A stretch of 64,000 nt of DNA from Mobula hypostoma (lineage: Eukaryota), in contig NC_086108.1 in the NCBI RefSeq assembly GCF_963921235.1, forward strand, positions 111,912,001 through 111,976,000. The letters run 5' to 3'. Shown in pieces: positions 1-13,032 of the stretch. The position numbers were made by a program, and so were the translations under genes. The notes beneath the pieces were generated by a model. The model was not told the DNA's origin, made no database searches, and saw only the letters and a list, made by a program, of their open reading frames with translations. Every line of letters begins with the position of its first letter. Position 1 is the first letter of the stretch.

Positions 1-680
1 ATTTGCAGGTTGAGTCGGTGGTGAGTAAGGCAAATGCAATGTTAGCATTCATTTCAAGAGGACTGGAATATAAAAGCAAGGATGTAATGTTGAGACTTTA
101 TAAACCAGTAGTGATGCCTCACGTGGAGTATTGTGAACAGTTTGGGGCTCCTTTGAAAGGATGTGCTGAAACTGGAGAGGGTTCAAAGGAGGTTCACAAA
201 AATGATTCCAGGATTGAAAGGCTTGTCACGTGAAGAGAATTTGATGGCTCTGGGCCTGTATTCACTGGGATTCAGAAGAATGAGGGGTGACCTCATTGAA
301 ACCTATCAAATGGTGAAAGGCCTTGACAGAGTGGATGTGGAGAGGATGTTTTCTCTGGTGGGAGAGTCTAAGATCAAAGGACACAGCCTTAGAATAGAGT
401 GGTGTCCTTTTAGAATAGAGATGAGGAGGAATTTCTTCAGCCAGAGAGTGATGAATCTATGAATTCATTGCCACAGGCAGCTCTGGAGGTCTTGTCCTTT
501 TGTATATTTAAGGCAGCGGTTGATAGGCTCTGGGTTGGTCAGAGCATGAAGGAATACAGAGAGAAGGCAGGAGACTGGGGCTGAGAGGAAAATTGGATCA
601 ACTGTGATGAAATGGTGGAGCAGACTCGATGGGCTGAATGTCCTAATTCTGCTCCTATGTCTTATAGTTATATGGTCTAA
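1..680 (+). mobile_element. CR1-clade LINE 3' fragment
   Basis: Broken RT C-terminal frames (LYK.LVRPHLEYC, LERVQRRFTKMIPG, RMRGDLIE) plus the typical 3' tail. Confidence 0.85.
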
Positions 681-1430
681 GTACAAATTTAGAGCCAACA
701 AACATTCCTCATACATTACCCCTTTCATTTCCAGAATCATTCTCATGAACCTCCTCTGGACTCTCTCCAATGCCTGCACATCTTTTCTTAGATAAGGAAC
801 ACAAAACTGCTCACAATACTCCAAGTGCTGTCTGGCCAATGTCTTATAAAGACGTAGTATTCCAGTCCTCTTAAAATGAATACTAGCATTGCATTTGTCT
901 TCCTCACCATCGACTTAACCTACAAACTAACCTTTAGGGAATCCTGCATGGGGACTCCTAAATCCCTTTGCACCACTGATTTATGAATTTTCTCCCAATT
1001 TAGAAAAAGTCTATGCCTTCAATCTTTCTACCATACACTTTTATCTGCCACTTCCTTGCCATTCTCCTAATCTGACTAAGTCCTTCTGCAGACTCACTGC
1101 CCCTCTACATATCTTCGTATCATCTGTAAACCTGCCCACAAAGCTATCAATTCTAAGTCATTGACACATCACGTTAAGTCGTGTTTCCAATACCGACTCC
1201 TGCAGAACACCACTAGTCAAGAGCAGCCAACTAGAATAGAACCCATTTATTTCCACGCTTTGGCTCCTGCCAATCAGCGAATCTTCTATACACACTCGTA
1301 TATTTCCCATATCATGGGCCCTTATCTTGTTAAGCAGCCTCGAGTGTGGCACCTTGTCAAAGATCTTCTGAAAATCCAAGTACACACACCATCCACTGGC
1401 TCTCCTTTGACTATCCTGATTGTTATTTCC
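680..1430 (-). mobile_element. CR1-clade LINE RT fragment
   Basis: VYLDFQKIFDKVPH and LERVQRRFMRMI motifs, frameshifted. Confidence 0.8.
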
Positions 1431-1882
1431 CAAATAAGAGAATCTCTTAAAGAAGGCAATAAAAACATTGCAATCCCATGGTTGCTTCTCAAAATAGGGT
1501 ATTGTTGTTTGGGGATAAGATGTTAATAAAGATAGAGGATGGATTGAAGGACAAAAGAGTCGGAAGAAATGGAAAATTTTGTCAAATCGAGAGAGCATAT
1601 GTATTTCAATTCTCATCTCCAACTCAAGGCAATCCCTCTGTCTACACTTGATTATACACAATACTTCTGATTAAAATACCTGCTGGATTCCACACTTGGT
1701 TCATTCACTCCCAAATACTCGGCCCATCTCCTGCACCCAATTAACACCAAACAAACCGGATGATTTGTGCTTTGCGGAGTTGTTTACACAGAGTTTATTC
1801 AGTCTGGGAGACTGGAGTATTTGTATTGTAGGTGGAATGCTCTGATGCCCAGGTCCCCAATGTGTTCTGTAGATCATCTTAC

Positions 1883-2041
1883 CAAGTAGACAAAATATGG
1901 GGCTTTCCAATCATCGTCCCAGAACCTGCCAGTGAGTGATCTCGGCAGACGCTGCATGATGTGTTTGTATGGGATCCGTCTTGCTGCAGTATAACTACAC
2001 GGGTCACTTTGCGAAGTCATTTCCAGTTCACAGTCACCCAC
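1883..2041 (-). CDS. CTBS: CTBS-like copy A, exon 6
   Basis: tctcag|GTG GGT...TAC TTG|gtaaga; 159 nt. Encodes VGDCELEMTSQSDPCSYTAARRIPYKHIMQRLPRSLTGRFWDDDWKAPYFVYL. Exon 7 is expected left of the window. Confidence 0.9.
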
Positions 2042-2199
2042 CTGAGAAATATATAAAAAAACAAGAAATTGTGTGTCTGAATTCAGTGGTCAGCATAGAC
2101 AGGTTGGTCTGAACAGCCTGTTTGTCTGAACAATGGGAACCATATTCTGTCCAACAGACTGCCTCATTCCATAGGATTTCTCCTGGTCCAGTACACAAG

Positions 2200-2695
2200 T
2201 GCCGTTACAAAAAAAGCACAGTAGTGCCCTGACTTTCTTAGAAGTTTACAAAGATTGGGCTTTTCATCTAAGACTTTGGCAAACTTCTATGGTTACGTAA
2301 TGGAGAGTATATTGACTGGTTGCATCACAGGCTGGTATGGAAACACCAACGCCCTCACATGGAAAATCGTACAAAAGTAGTGATTACAGCCCAGTCCATC
2401 ACAGGTAAAGCCCTCCCCAGCACTGAGCACACTTACATGGGACATTGTGAAGTAAAGCAGCATCCGTCATCAGGGATCCCCAACATCCAGGTCACACTCC
2501 CTTCTCACTACTGCCATCAGGAAGGAGTCTCATGTCCCACACCACCAGGTTCAGGAACAGTTATCACCCCTCAACCATCAGGCTCCTGAACCAGAAGGGA
2601 TAACTTCACTCAAATTCACTCTCCCCATCACTGAACTGTTCCCACAACCCATGGACTCACTTTCAAGGACTCTTCATCTCATGTTCTCCATATTT
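2200..2695 (+). mobile_element. Rex1/Babar-like (L2-related) LINE 3' fragment
   Basis: Degenerate ESILTGCITxWYGN...HPGH.L.SLLPSGR frames. Confidence 0.65.
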
Positions 2696-2696
2696 A

Positions 2697-4860
2697 AGAC
2701 TATAAGACCATAAGATATAGGAGTAGAAGTGGGCCATTTGGCTCATCGAGTCTGCTCCGCCATTCAATCATGGGCTGATCCAATTCTTCCAGTCATCCCC
2801 ACTCCTCTGCCTTCTCCCCATACCCTTTGATGCCCTGGCTAATCAAGAACCTATCTATCTCTGCCTTAAATACACCCAATGACTGCTCCACAGCTACTCG
2901 TGACAACAAATTCCACAGATTTACCACCCTCTGACTAAAGTAATTTAGAAACACAGAAAACATACAGCACAATACAGGCCCTTCGGCCCACAAAGCTGTG
3001 CTAAACATGTCCCTGCCTTAGAACTACCTGGGCTTGACCCAAAGCCCTCTACTTTTCTAAGCTCCATGTAGCCATCAAGGAGTCTCTTAAAAGACCCTAT
3101 CGTTTCCGACGCCACCACCATCACCGGCAGCCCATTCCATGCACTCACCACTCTCTGCATAAAAAACTTACCCCTGACATCTCCTCTGTACCTACTTCCA
3201 AGCACCTTAAAACTATGCCCTCTCGTGTTAGCCATTTCAGCCCTGGGGAAAAGCCTCTGACTATCCACACAATCAATCCCTCTCATTATCTTGAATGCCT
3301 CTATCAGGTCACCTCTCATCCTCCGTCACTCCAAGGAAAAAAGGCCAAGTTCACTCAACCTATTCTCATAAGGCACGCTCCCCAATCCAGCCAACGTCCT
3401 TGTAAATCTCCTCTGCATCCTTTATGTGGTTTCCGCATCCTTCCTATAGTGAGGCGACCAGAACTGAGCACAGTACTCCAAGTGTGTCTGACCAGGGTCC
3501 TATATAGCTGCAACTTCTTCGCATTTCTGTTCTAAATGGATGTCCTTCAATTCTGAAGTTGTGCCCTCTTGTCCTAGACTCACCTACCATGGGAAATATC
3601 TTTGCCATATCTAATCTGTTCAGGCCTTTTAACATTTAGAATGTTTCTATCAGATCCCCTCTCATTCTCCTGAACTCCAGGGAATACAATCCAAGAGCTG
3701 CCAGACATTCCTAATATGGTAACCCCCCTCATTTCTGGAGTAATTCTCATGAATCTTCTCTGAACCCTCTCCAATGTCAGTATATCCTTTCCAAAATAAG
3801 GACCCCAAAACTGCACACAATACTCCAAAGTGTGGTCTCACGAGCGCCTTATAGAGCCTCAACGTCACATGCCTGTTCTTATATTCTATACCTCTAGAAA
3901 TAAATGTCAACATTGCATTCACCTTCTTCACCACTGACTCAACCTGGAGGGTAACCTTTAGGGTATCCTGCACAAGGACTCCCAAGTTCATTTGCATCTC
4001 TGCATTTTGAATTTCTTCCACCAAAGTGCATGACCATACACTTTCCCACATTGTATTTAATTTGCCACTTCTTTGCCCATTTCCCTAAACTATCTAAGTC
4101 TTTCTGCAGGCTCTCTGTTTCCTCAACACTACCTGTTCCTCCACCTATCTTTGTATCTTCGGCAAATTTAGCCACAATTCCATTAACCCCATAGTCCAAG
4201 TCATTGACATACACCGTAAAAAGCAGCGGTCCCAACAGTAATCCCTGTGGAACTGCACTGGTAACCGGCAGCCAACCAGAATAGGATCCCTTTATTCCCA
4301 ATAATGCTCCACCCATGCTAGTAACTTCCCTGTAATTCCATGGGCTCTTATCTTGCTAAGCAGCCTCGTGTGAAACCTTGTCAAAGGCCTTCTGAAAATC
4401 CAAGTATGTTACATCCACTGCATCTCCTTTGTCTACTCTGCTTGTAATTTCTTCAAAAAATTGCAGTAGGTTAGTCAGGCAGGATTTTCCTTCCAGGAAA
4501 CCATGCGGGCTTTGGCCTATCTTGTCACGTGTCTTCAGGTCCTCTGTAAATATCGATTCCAACAACTTCCCAACCACTGATGTCAGTCTAACACTGATGC
4601 CTCCCGCCTTTCTGAAGTAGTGGAGTAACATTGGCAATTTTCCAGTCATCCGGTACAATGCCAGAATCTATTGATTCTTGAAAGATCATTGTTAATGCCT
4701 CCGCAATCTCTCCAGCTACTTCCTTCTGAACCCGAAGGTGTATTCCATCAGGTCCAGGAGACTTATCCACCCTCAGACCCTTAAGCTTCCTGAGCACCTT
4801 CTCAGTCATAATTTTCACTGCACATACTTCGCTTCTCTGACACACTTGAATGTCTGGTAT
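2697..4860 (-). mobile_element. CR1-clade LINE, about 2 kb, with a second CR1 3' end nested at about 2946-3512
   Basis: KSPGPDGIH, DWKIANVTP, YLDFQKAFDKV, GVPQG, KFADDTK and RGDLIE motifs across frameshifted ORFs. Confidence 0.85.
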
Positions 4861-4863
4861 ACT

Positions 4864-6470
4864 TGTGATGGGGTCCTGAATTACCCCTATGAACTATGCC
4901 CCTGTGAACCATGCCCATGGTCTGTTCTTTATCAAATTAGGGTATTGTTTTGCACTGCTGTAACTATAAGTTATAATTATGTGGTTCTGTCAGCGTTAGT
5001 CTTTGGTTTGTCCTGCTTTTCTGTGATATCAGTCTAGAGGAACATTGTATCATTTCTTAATGCGTGCATGCATTTCTAAATGACAATAAACGAGGACTGA
5101 GTGTTCTCATAATCTAACTGTGCTTTTGAAAAGAGAGAGAGAAGGAAAGAGAGAGAGAGCGAGACAAAGACTAACTTTTGGACTGTCACTTTAAGGCACG
5201 ACGAGGAACTTTTGGTTTTCTGCTGAGTTGGAGAGAGAGAGCCCCGAGCAGCTGGCAAATCACTATGGTGACCGTGGGTGGCATTACTTGATGGACAATT
5301 GAGGTTATGGTTTCTCTGGAGGTTGCTTATACTTTCTCCAAGGACATTTGCCTGCTAGTGCACTCTTACACAGACAGAGGAAGGAGGAGTTATTTGAGAG
5401 ACAGCTGGTACTCAGTACCGTGAGATAAATAAGAGGTCAGATGATAGACCTCAGGCACATGTTTTGGACACTGAATGAGCTTTGTTGTGCCAACAGAAAA
5501 AGTTGTTTTTTTTGGAGGATGGGTCAGGCGGATCGATCAGTGGCTCTTGCAGTGTGAAAAGGTAGTGACTGGTGGGGAGTTGTCCATGTGTCCACTCTTA
5601 ACTGGGTTGATGATTCCACCACAGAAAAATGGTCCCCTTTCTTGTGGTCACAGTCGGTGACTTTTAAAGGATTTTGGAGGACAACAAGAAGATCAATGGC
5701 GTCAGCTCAACTGAAGACTCAAATCTCTCCCTCTCTCTTTCCATCACTACTCAACTCAATATCACGAACTGAACTGAACTTTACTCATTATCGTAAGACT
5801 ATCTATTTAACCCTAGACTTGAAGAAGCTTGGTTTTTCATAGACATTTCCACACTTACTGTGATACGTACTTGTATATAATCATTGCTAACCTGTTTTAT
5901 ATATCTGATTTTATATTACTGTATTGCGTAGTTATTAATAAATATTATTAGTTAATAGCAATACTGGACTCCGAAGTGTTTTCCATCTCTGCTGGTTCTT
6001 TAACCCGTCACGGGGTATGTGACAAAATTGGGGCCTGTGTCCGTGATATGAACTAATTGTGTGGGAGGCTTGTTTGAATTGATTGGGGAAAATCCCTTTT
6101 AATTTGGTTGTGTGGAAATACAGCAGAAATGGAAGTTAGTGTTGAGAAGTTTGTATTGGAACCAACCCCTTAAGCGTTGGATGATACTATGAGGGTGGTG
6201 CTGTTGGGAATTGATCAAAAGTTAAGAGTAAAGGTGAAGAAAGCTGAGGTGCAGAGGATAATAGCCCAGCATTATATAGATAAGGGAACGTTTGACGAGG
6301 AGTCGTTAGAGTTACTTGCTGAAGGTAAGGTACTTACTGAGCCTGTGATTCAGTTGCGATTGAAATTGAAATTAAAACAGCTCGAGACTGATGAAGCAGA
6401 AAGGCAGAGGATCGATGAGGCTACAGAAGCAGAAAGACAGAGACAGTTTAAAAGGGAGATGTGGCAGCTG
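4864..6470 (+). mobile_element. LTR retrotransposon 5' remnant: LTR (about 4864-6024), PBS, gag N-terminus (Gypsy-like)
   Basis: TGTGAT...GTGACA termini, followed by TGGGGCCTGTGTCCGTGAT (6029-6047) resembling a tRNA-Pro PBS. Then a degenerate gag-like frame from ATG 6129 with an E/R-rich coiled-coil (LKQLETDEAERQR...). Confidence 0.65.
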
Positions 6471-6471
6471 T

Positions 6472-6548
6472 AATGTGTGTGACTGTATGCACTGTGTGTG
6501 ACTGTATGCACTGTGTGTGACTAATGTGTGTGACTGTATGCTCTGTGT
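6472..6548. repeat. Short tandem repeat (about 19 bp TGTGTGACTGTATGCACTG, about 4 copies)
   Basis: Direct inspection. Confidence 0.7.
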
Positions 6549-6645
6549 TTAGATTCCTAGCCGCAGAGGAACAATGCTTCATTTAGCTGTATACATGTGT
6601 ATGGTTGAATGATGGTAAACCTGAACTTGAATATCAGCATCTTAC

Positions 6646-6743
6646 CCTGGGAAAGCGCTTGCAGGTGTAGTCGTAACCGTACCAAGCAATGCCCATCACC
6701 AGCTTTCTGGAGTCAATGCCCAGTCTGATATAATCTGACATTC
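6646..6743 (-). CDS. CTBS: CTBS-like copy A, exon 5
   Basis: tttcag|GA ATG...CCC AGG|gtaaga; 98 nt. Encodes (G)MSDYIRLGIDSRKLVMGIAWYGYDYTCKRFPR, with the GH18 KLVMGxxWYG motif. Not in the ORF track; translated by hand. Confidence 0.92.
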
Positions 6744-6764
6744 CTGAAAGGACAAATTGAATAA

Positions 6765-8501
6765 GGAAATTGTAGGCCACTTATCCTGTCTTCAGTCATT
6801 GAGCAGATGTTGGAATCAATTATTAAGGATGGGGTTTCAGGGTACTTGGAGGCACATGATAAAACAGGCCAAAGTTAACATGGCTTCCTTAAGATTGCCT
6901 GACAAATCTGTTGGAATTCTTTGAGGAGGTAGCAGGCAGGATAGGCAAAGGAGAGTCAGTGAATGTTGTTTACTTGGATTTTCAGAAAGCCTTTGTCAAG
7001 GTGCCACACATGAAGCTGATTAAAAAGATAGCCAGTGGTATTACAGATAAGACACTAGCACGGAGAGAACCAACACAAGAAAATCTGTTGATGCTGCCAG
7101 TCCAAAGCAACACACACAAAATTCTGGAGGAACTGAACAGGGCATGCAGTGTCTATGGAAAAGAGTAAACAGTTGAAATTTTGGGCCAAGACTCTTCATC
7201 AGGATTGGAAAGGAAGGGAAGAAGTCAGAGCAAAATGTAGGGTTGTGGAAGGAGTACAAGATGGCAGGTGATAGGTGAAAGCTGGAGATGGGGAGGAGAC
7301 GAAATAAAGAGGTAGGAAGTTGATTGGTGAAAGAGATAAAGGGCTGGAGAAGAGAATGGCACCTTCGCTCTGTCCACCACACAAAGCTGCCTGGCCTGCT
7401 GAGTTCTTCCAGAATTTTGTGTCTGGAGCATGGAATGAAGATGGCTGATTGGCAGGAGGCGAAGAATGTGAATAAAGGGGCCTTTTCTGGTTGGCTAGTG
7501 GTGTTCCACAGGGGTCAGTGATGGGACCACACACAACATGCTGAGTAACTCTGCAGGCCAGGCAGCATCTATGGAAAAAAAGTACAGTTGATGTTTTGCG
7601 CCACTGTCATTTCTCTCAACCGTGTCTGTCAACTACGTGGATGATGGAATCGGTGGCTTTGTGGCCAAGCTGGTGTTTGATACAAAGATAGGTGGAGGGG
7701 CAGGTAGTGTTGAGGAAGTGGGAGGCAAAGAAGTGTCAGATGGAATACAGTATCTGGTCATGCAACTTGGTAGAAGAATAAAGTCATAGACTATATTCTA
7801 AATGGGGAGAACATTCAAACAATCAGAGGTGCAAAAGCATCTTAGAATTCCCTGAAGGTTAACTTGCAGATTGAGTAAATGGTAAGGAAGGCAAATACAA
7901 TGTTAGCATTCATTTGGAGAAGACTAGACTATGAAAGCAAGGATGTAGTGCTGAGGCTTAGGGCATTGGTCAGTCTGTATTCAGAGTATTGAGAACAGTT
8001 TGGGGCCCCTTATCTAAGAAAAGATGTGCTAGCATTGGAGAGGAGGTACACGAGAATGATTCTGGAATGAAAGGGTTAGTGTATAAGAGCACTTGATGGC
8101 TCTGGGCCTGTACATTCTTGAGTTTAGAAGGAAAGATCTGAAGGAAATCTATCAAATATTGAAAGGCCTAGATAGAGCTGAAGTGGAGGGGATGTTTACT
8201 ACAGCGGGGGGAGTCTGTGGATTAGAGGACACAGCCTCAGAATAGAGGGACGTCCATTTGGAACAGAGATGAAGAAGAATTTCTTTATCCAGAGGGTAGG
8301 GAATCCATTGAATTTATTACCAAGTCATTAGGTATATTAAAAATGGTGGTTGATAGGTTCTTGAATAGTCAGGCTGTTAAAAGTTACAGGGAGAAGGCAG
8401 GAGATTGGGGTTGAGAGGGAAAGTAAATCAGCCATGATGGAATGGTGCAGCCGATTCAATTTGCCAAATGGCCTAATTCTGCTCCTATGTCTCATGGTCT
8501 T
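6765..8501 (+). mobile_element. CR1-clade LINE in copy A intron 4, with nested Penelope-tail-like short element (about 7085-7425)
   Basis: EFFEEV..VYLDFQKAF motif and CR1 3' tail; absent from the 77-nt paralogous intron of copy B. Confidence 0.8.
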
Positions 8502-8552
8502 ATCTCAGTCAGCTTTGTGAGAGGGTGAGGCTGAGGGTCTCATAGAACCTAC

Positions 8553-8724
8553 CTGACAAAACCCGGTGATAGGGAGCACTTGACCTTGCCACACAACCAT
8601 CCCGCAGGTCATTTGGAATGTCATAGGATGCCACAAATAAAATGTCACAGGCTCGTGAAATTGCTAAGAAGTCATAACATTGTTCGTTCTTGCAGTGTGG
8701 AGACCAAGGTATGTGAAAGGAGAT
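8553..8724 (-). CDS. CTBS: CTBS-like copy A, exon 4
   Basis: cctcag|ATC...TCA G|gtaggt; 172 nt. Encodes ISFHIPWSPHCKNEQCYDFLAISRACDILFVASYDIPNDLRDGCVARSSAPYHRVLS(G), with the GH18 DxxxxxxYD motif. Confidence 0.92.
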
Positions 8725-8939
8725 CTGAGGGCCAAAGAACAATGAGAAATCAGTCTCATCTTATTATTTGCACTGGGAGTCTCCAGTAATTCAAGACTCA
8801 AGATGCAAGATTTAAATTTATTTGTTATGTGTATATCGAAACATATATATGTGTGTGTTCTGACGTATAGAGTGAAAGATGTCATTTGTGTTATCAACCG
8901 ATAGTTATATATTTACAAAAATGAAGTTATTTTTTGCTT

Positions 8940-9475
8940 GTGAAGTGTTTTGTGTCCCTTATCTGGCATTGAAAAAGGTCCAGAGGAGGTTCACGAGAAT
9001 GATTCTGGGAAGGGAAGGGTTAATATATGAGGAGCATTTGAGGGCTCTGGGCCTTTACTCACTGGAGTTCCGAAGAATTGGGGGAGGATCTCACAGAAAC
9101 TTATGAAGATTGAAAGATCCAGATAGAGTGGACTTGGAGAGGCTGTTCCTATAGTTGAGGAGTCTAGGACCAGAGGGCACAGCCTCAGAACAGAGGGACA
9201 TCCATTTAGAACAGAGATGAGGAGGAATTTCTTTAGCCAGAGGGTGGTGAATCTGTGGAATTAATTGCCACAGATGGCTGTGGAGACCAAGTCAATGGGT
9301 GTATTTGAAGCAGAGGTTGATAGGTTCAGGGTTTGTAAAGTTGTCAATGGTTACGGGAAGAAGGGAGAATGGAGTTGAGAGGGATAATAAATCAGCCAGA
9401 TGGAGTTGTAGAGTGGGCTCAATGGGAGAAATGGCCTGATTCTACTCCAGTAGTGTGTGCTATGGTCTTGTGGCC
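8940..9475 (+). mobile_element. CR1-clade LINE 3' fragment
   Basis: KVQRRFTRMI..LGLYSLEFRR and 3' tail. Confidence 0.8.
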
Positions 9476-10214
9476 TGAGTGTGTTGTGTTGGTGATGGGC
9501 GGATAAAATAAGCTGGGGTCAGAAAGAACAGGATGAGGGCAGGGTACTGGAATGTAAGAGGGGCTGTGGGTGGATCAGAGGGGGAGAATGGAACAGAGTA
9601 GATGTGGACAGAGGAACTGTTCATGCCACAAGGATGTGGGTGGTCCATGTGGAATACAAGGTGCTCTTCCTCAGCCCGGTAGCAGAAGAAGCCGAGGACG
9701 GATCGGACAGTACGAGAGGTTTTGAAATGTCATACAGCCAGGAGCTCAAGATGATCACTTCTTGTCTCCACCAATTTGTTGATTTAGTGGCAGTACCATG
9801 TTGTTGGAACCAATTGTTTACTATTAGATTAGACTATGATTTTCTTTGTAGTTTAATAATTAATTATCTGTTTGTATTTTATATAATTACTTATATACAA
9901 ATAACTGCCTAGTGGTCACAGTGTGTACATGCAGTTGTTCGGTGTTTCCCGAGTGGTAACACCGGTATGATTCTGGAAGCTTCTCTTGGTGCTGCACGAT
10001 TTGAAGTAGGCCTTTGTCATTGGTTGGCACTTACCTACAAATTATAACAGAATTTTTCTTATCTATGGGTATAAAAATAGCCCCATGTTGGCCAGTGTCA
10101 TCGAATTGTTTTTGTCTTTAAGCCCTCCTGCTCCTCTGCATTTCAACTTTCCTTTACTTTATTAACACTTAATAAAACAACCATGAAGCAACAAGTTTTG
10201 TGCCTCATTCCCCA

Positions 10215-10495
10215 CTTCTGAAAGAACTTTGGATTACAGACCCTCTCTACCTCTGATCCTCCGATGATTACTGGCCCATGGGCCTCTGGTTTCCCTCTCC
10301 TGAGGTCCACAATCAGTCCATTGGTCTTATTGACATACATTGAGAGGTTATTGTAATTACACCACTCAGCCAAGTTTTCAATCTCCCTCCTGTATACTGA
10401 TTCATCCCCATGTTTGATAAGGCCCACAACAGTGGTGTCATCACCAAACTAGTATATGGTGCTGGAGTTGTATTTAGCCTCACAGTTATTGGTGT
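10215..10495 (-). mobile_element. Rex1/Babar-like RT fragment
   Basis: GLIKHGDESVYRREIENLAEWCNYNNLS.NKTxxLIVDLRR. Confidence 0.7.
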
Positions 10496-10909
10496 TCTGC
10501 TAAATTCCCATCATCACCGAACCGATCACTAAACACAACCCATGGAAGGGTCTCGGCTGGAAACATCGACTGTACCTCTTCCTAGAGATGCTGCCTGGCC
10601 TGCTGCGTTCACCAGCAACTTTTATGTGTTTTGTTACACATCCCATGGACTTACTTTCAAAGACTCTACAACTCATCACTGATAAAGTGCCAGTTGTGTT
10701 TTACTGTACTTTTTAAACTTGAGTTGTATATACACCTTATGCTAACTGCCAATCTTCTGGAACATAATTTATTACATGTTAATTTATTTATGCTAATATT
10801 ACTCTGTGTGTTTGTGAGTTATATGAACTGTGTTGTGCACCTTGGTCCGTTGGGTGATATATATGCATATGGATGAGAGACAATAAACTTGAACTAGATT
10901 ATTTATTAT

Positions 10910-12030
10910 TATAGAAACATAGAAACATCAAAAACCTACAACACAATACAGGCCCTAAGGCCCACAATGCTGTGCCGAACATGTACTTACTTTAGAAATT
11001 ACCCAGGGTTACCCATAGCCCTCTATTTTTCTAAGCTCCATGTACCTATCCAGGAGTCTCTTAAAAGACCCTATCGTATCCGCCTCCAGCACCGTCACCG
11101 GCAGACCATCCCACACACTCACCACTCTCTGCGTAAAAAAACTTACCCCTGACATCTCTTCTGTACCTGCTTCCAAGCCCTTAAAACTGTTCTCTCGTGT
11201 TAGCCATTTCAGCCCTGGGAAAAAGCCTCTGACTACCCACACGATCAATACATCTCATCATCTTATACACCTCTGTCAGGTCACCTCTCATCCTCTGTCG
11301 CTCCAAGGAGAAAAGGCCAAGTTCCCGCATCCTGTTCTCATGAGGTACGCTCCCCAATCCAGGCAACATCTTTGTAAATCTCCTCTGCAACCTTTCTATG
11401 GTTTCCACATCCTTCCTGTAGTGAGGTGACCAGAACAGAGCACAGTACTCCAAGTGTGGTCTGACCAGGGTCCTATATAGCTGTAACATTACTTCTCAGC
11501 TCTTAAATTCAATTCCAAGGTATGCCTTCTTAACCAGAGAGACAACCTGCACAGCAGCTTTGAGTGTCCTATGAACTCAGACCCCAAGATCCCTGTGTTC
11601 CTCCACACTCCCAAGAGTCTTACCATTAATACTATATTCTGCCATCATATTTGACCAACCAAAATGAACCATCTCAGACTTATCTGGGTTGAATTCCATC
11701 TACCACTTCTCAGCCCAGTTTTGCATCCTATCAATGTCCCGCTGTAACCTCTGACAGCCCTCTACACTATCCACAACACCCCCAACCTTTGTGTCATCAG
11801 CAAATTTACGAACCCATCCTTCCACTTCCTCATCCAGGTCATTTATAAAAATCATGAAGAGTAGGGGTCACAGAACAGATCCCTGAGGCACACCACTGGT
11901 CACCGACCTCCATGCAGAATATGACCTGTCCACAACCACTTCTTTGCCTTCTGTGGGCAAGCCAGTTCTGGATCCACAAAGCAATGTCCCCTTGGATCCC
12001 ATGCCTCCTTACTTTCTCAGTAAGCCTTGC
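10910..12030 (-). mobile_element. CR1-clade LINE 3' portion
   Basis: MLQLYRTLVRPHLEYCALFWSPHYRKDVETIERLQRRFTKMLPG; GVPQGSVL. Confidence 0.85.
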
Positions 12031-12582
12031 ATTATTGTTATTATTATTATTCTCTACTTGAATGGCATGTCTTTTGCAGATTATTGTCAGCTTTTGTGTA
12101 TTGTTTTTCATTGATTCTATTGTATTTCTTTGTTCTACCATGAGTGCCTGCAAGAAAATGAATCTCAGGGTAGTATGGGTGACTTCATGGTGTCTTCGCA
12201 GTTAGTGTGATGTATTACAGCCTGGGGCATTAGAATTCAGAGTTTAATCCTTGTGTCCTCTGTAAGGAATCTGCACGTCGTACCTGTGGAAAGCATGGAT
12301 TTTGTGCAGGTGCTCCCAGTGGTAAGACATACTGGTCAGTAGGTTAGTTGTCCCTGTGATTAGGCCTGGGTTAAATCAGGGGCTGTTAATGGTACAGCTT
12401 AAAGGGCCAGAAGGATTCCGAGCTGCATCTCTACATAATTACATAAAAGGAATAAGGTGACGTGGACGTACTTTGATTATAAATGTACTTTGAACTCAGC
12501 TGAGAAGATTTGTTTGTGTTTTGTGGAGTGAATTCCTATCATTCTGGGCTAAAAGTCTGAAATTTCTGGCCATTTATTTTAC

Positions 12583-12791
12583 CTGAGATCCAGGTAGTTC
12601 TTCACGGAAGTATGATGAAATTTCTCTAACTGTCTCAGTTACTTTGTGATAAAGATGAGACCCTTTTTCAATTTTCTCCGGGACATTTAAATATATTCCA
12701 TCCATATATGTCTGTTTTATGAACCTTAGAATGAATTTAATCCAAATGTTTCGAAATCTCTTGTTTGTCAAGTGGTTGACTGATAAGTCAC
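12583..12791 (-). CDS. CTBS: CTBS-like copy A, exon 3 (degenerate GH18 catalytic motif)
   Basis: cttcag|GT GAC...TCT CAG|gtaaaa; 209 nt. Encodes (G)DLSVNHLTNKRFRNIWIKFILRFIKQTYMDGIYLNVPEKIEKGSHLYHKVTETVREISSYFREELPGSQ. Confidence 0.9.
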
Positions 12792-13032
12792 CTGAAGGAG
12801 GGCAGAGAGAAACACAGTTTAGAGAGAATTAAAACATAGAATATAAGAACATTATAGCACAGAGCTGACCGTCTCCATATTGTACTGCCCTGGCTTGCAT
12901 ATGGCGTGCGTAAAACAGAAAGGGCGTATCACTTATGGTTGACTCTGATCAACAAGGAACCTTCTTGTCCATGAAGTGACACTAGGCTCAGGAGTGTCTG
13001 TTCACAAGATGACAAAGAGGAAAAGATAAAGT

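Noticed and set aside
6177..6473. Coiled-coil ORF as a nested host gene
   Set aside because: It follows an LTR and PBS, has an in-frame stop upstream and is truncated; best read as a gag remnant.
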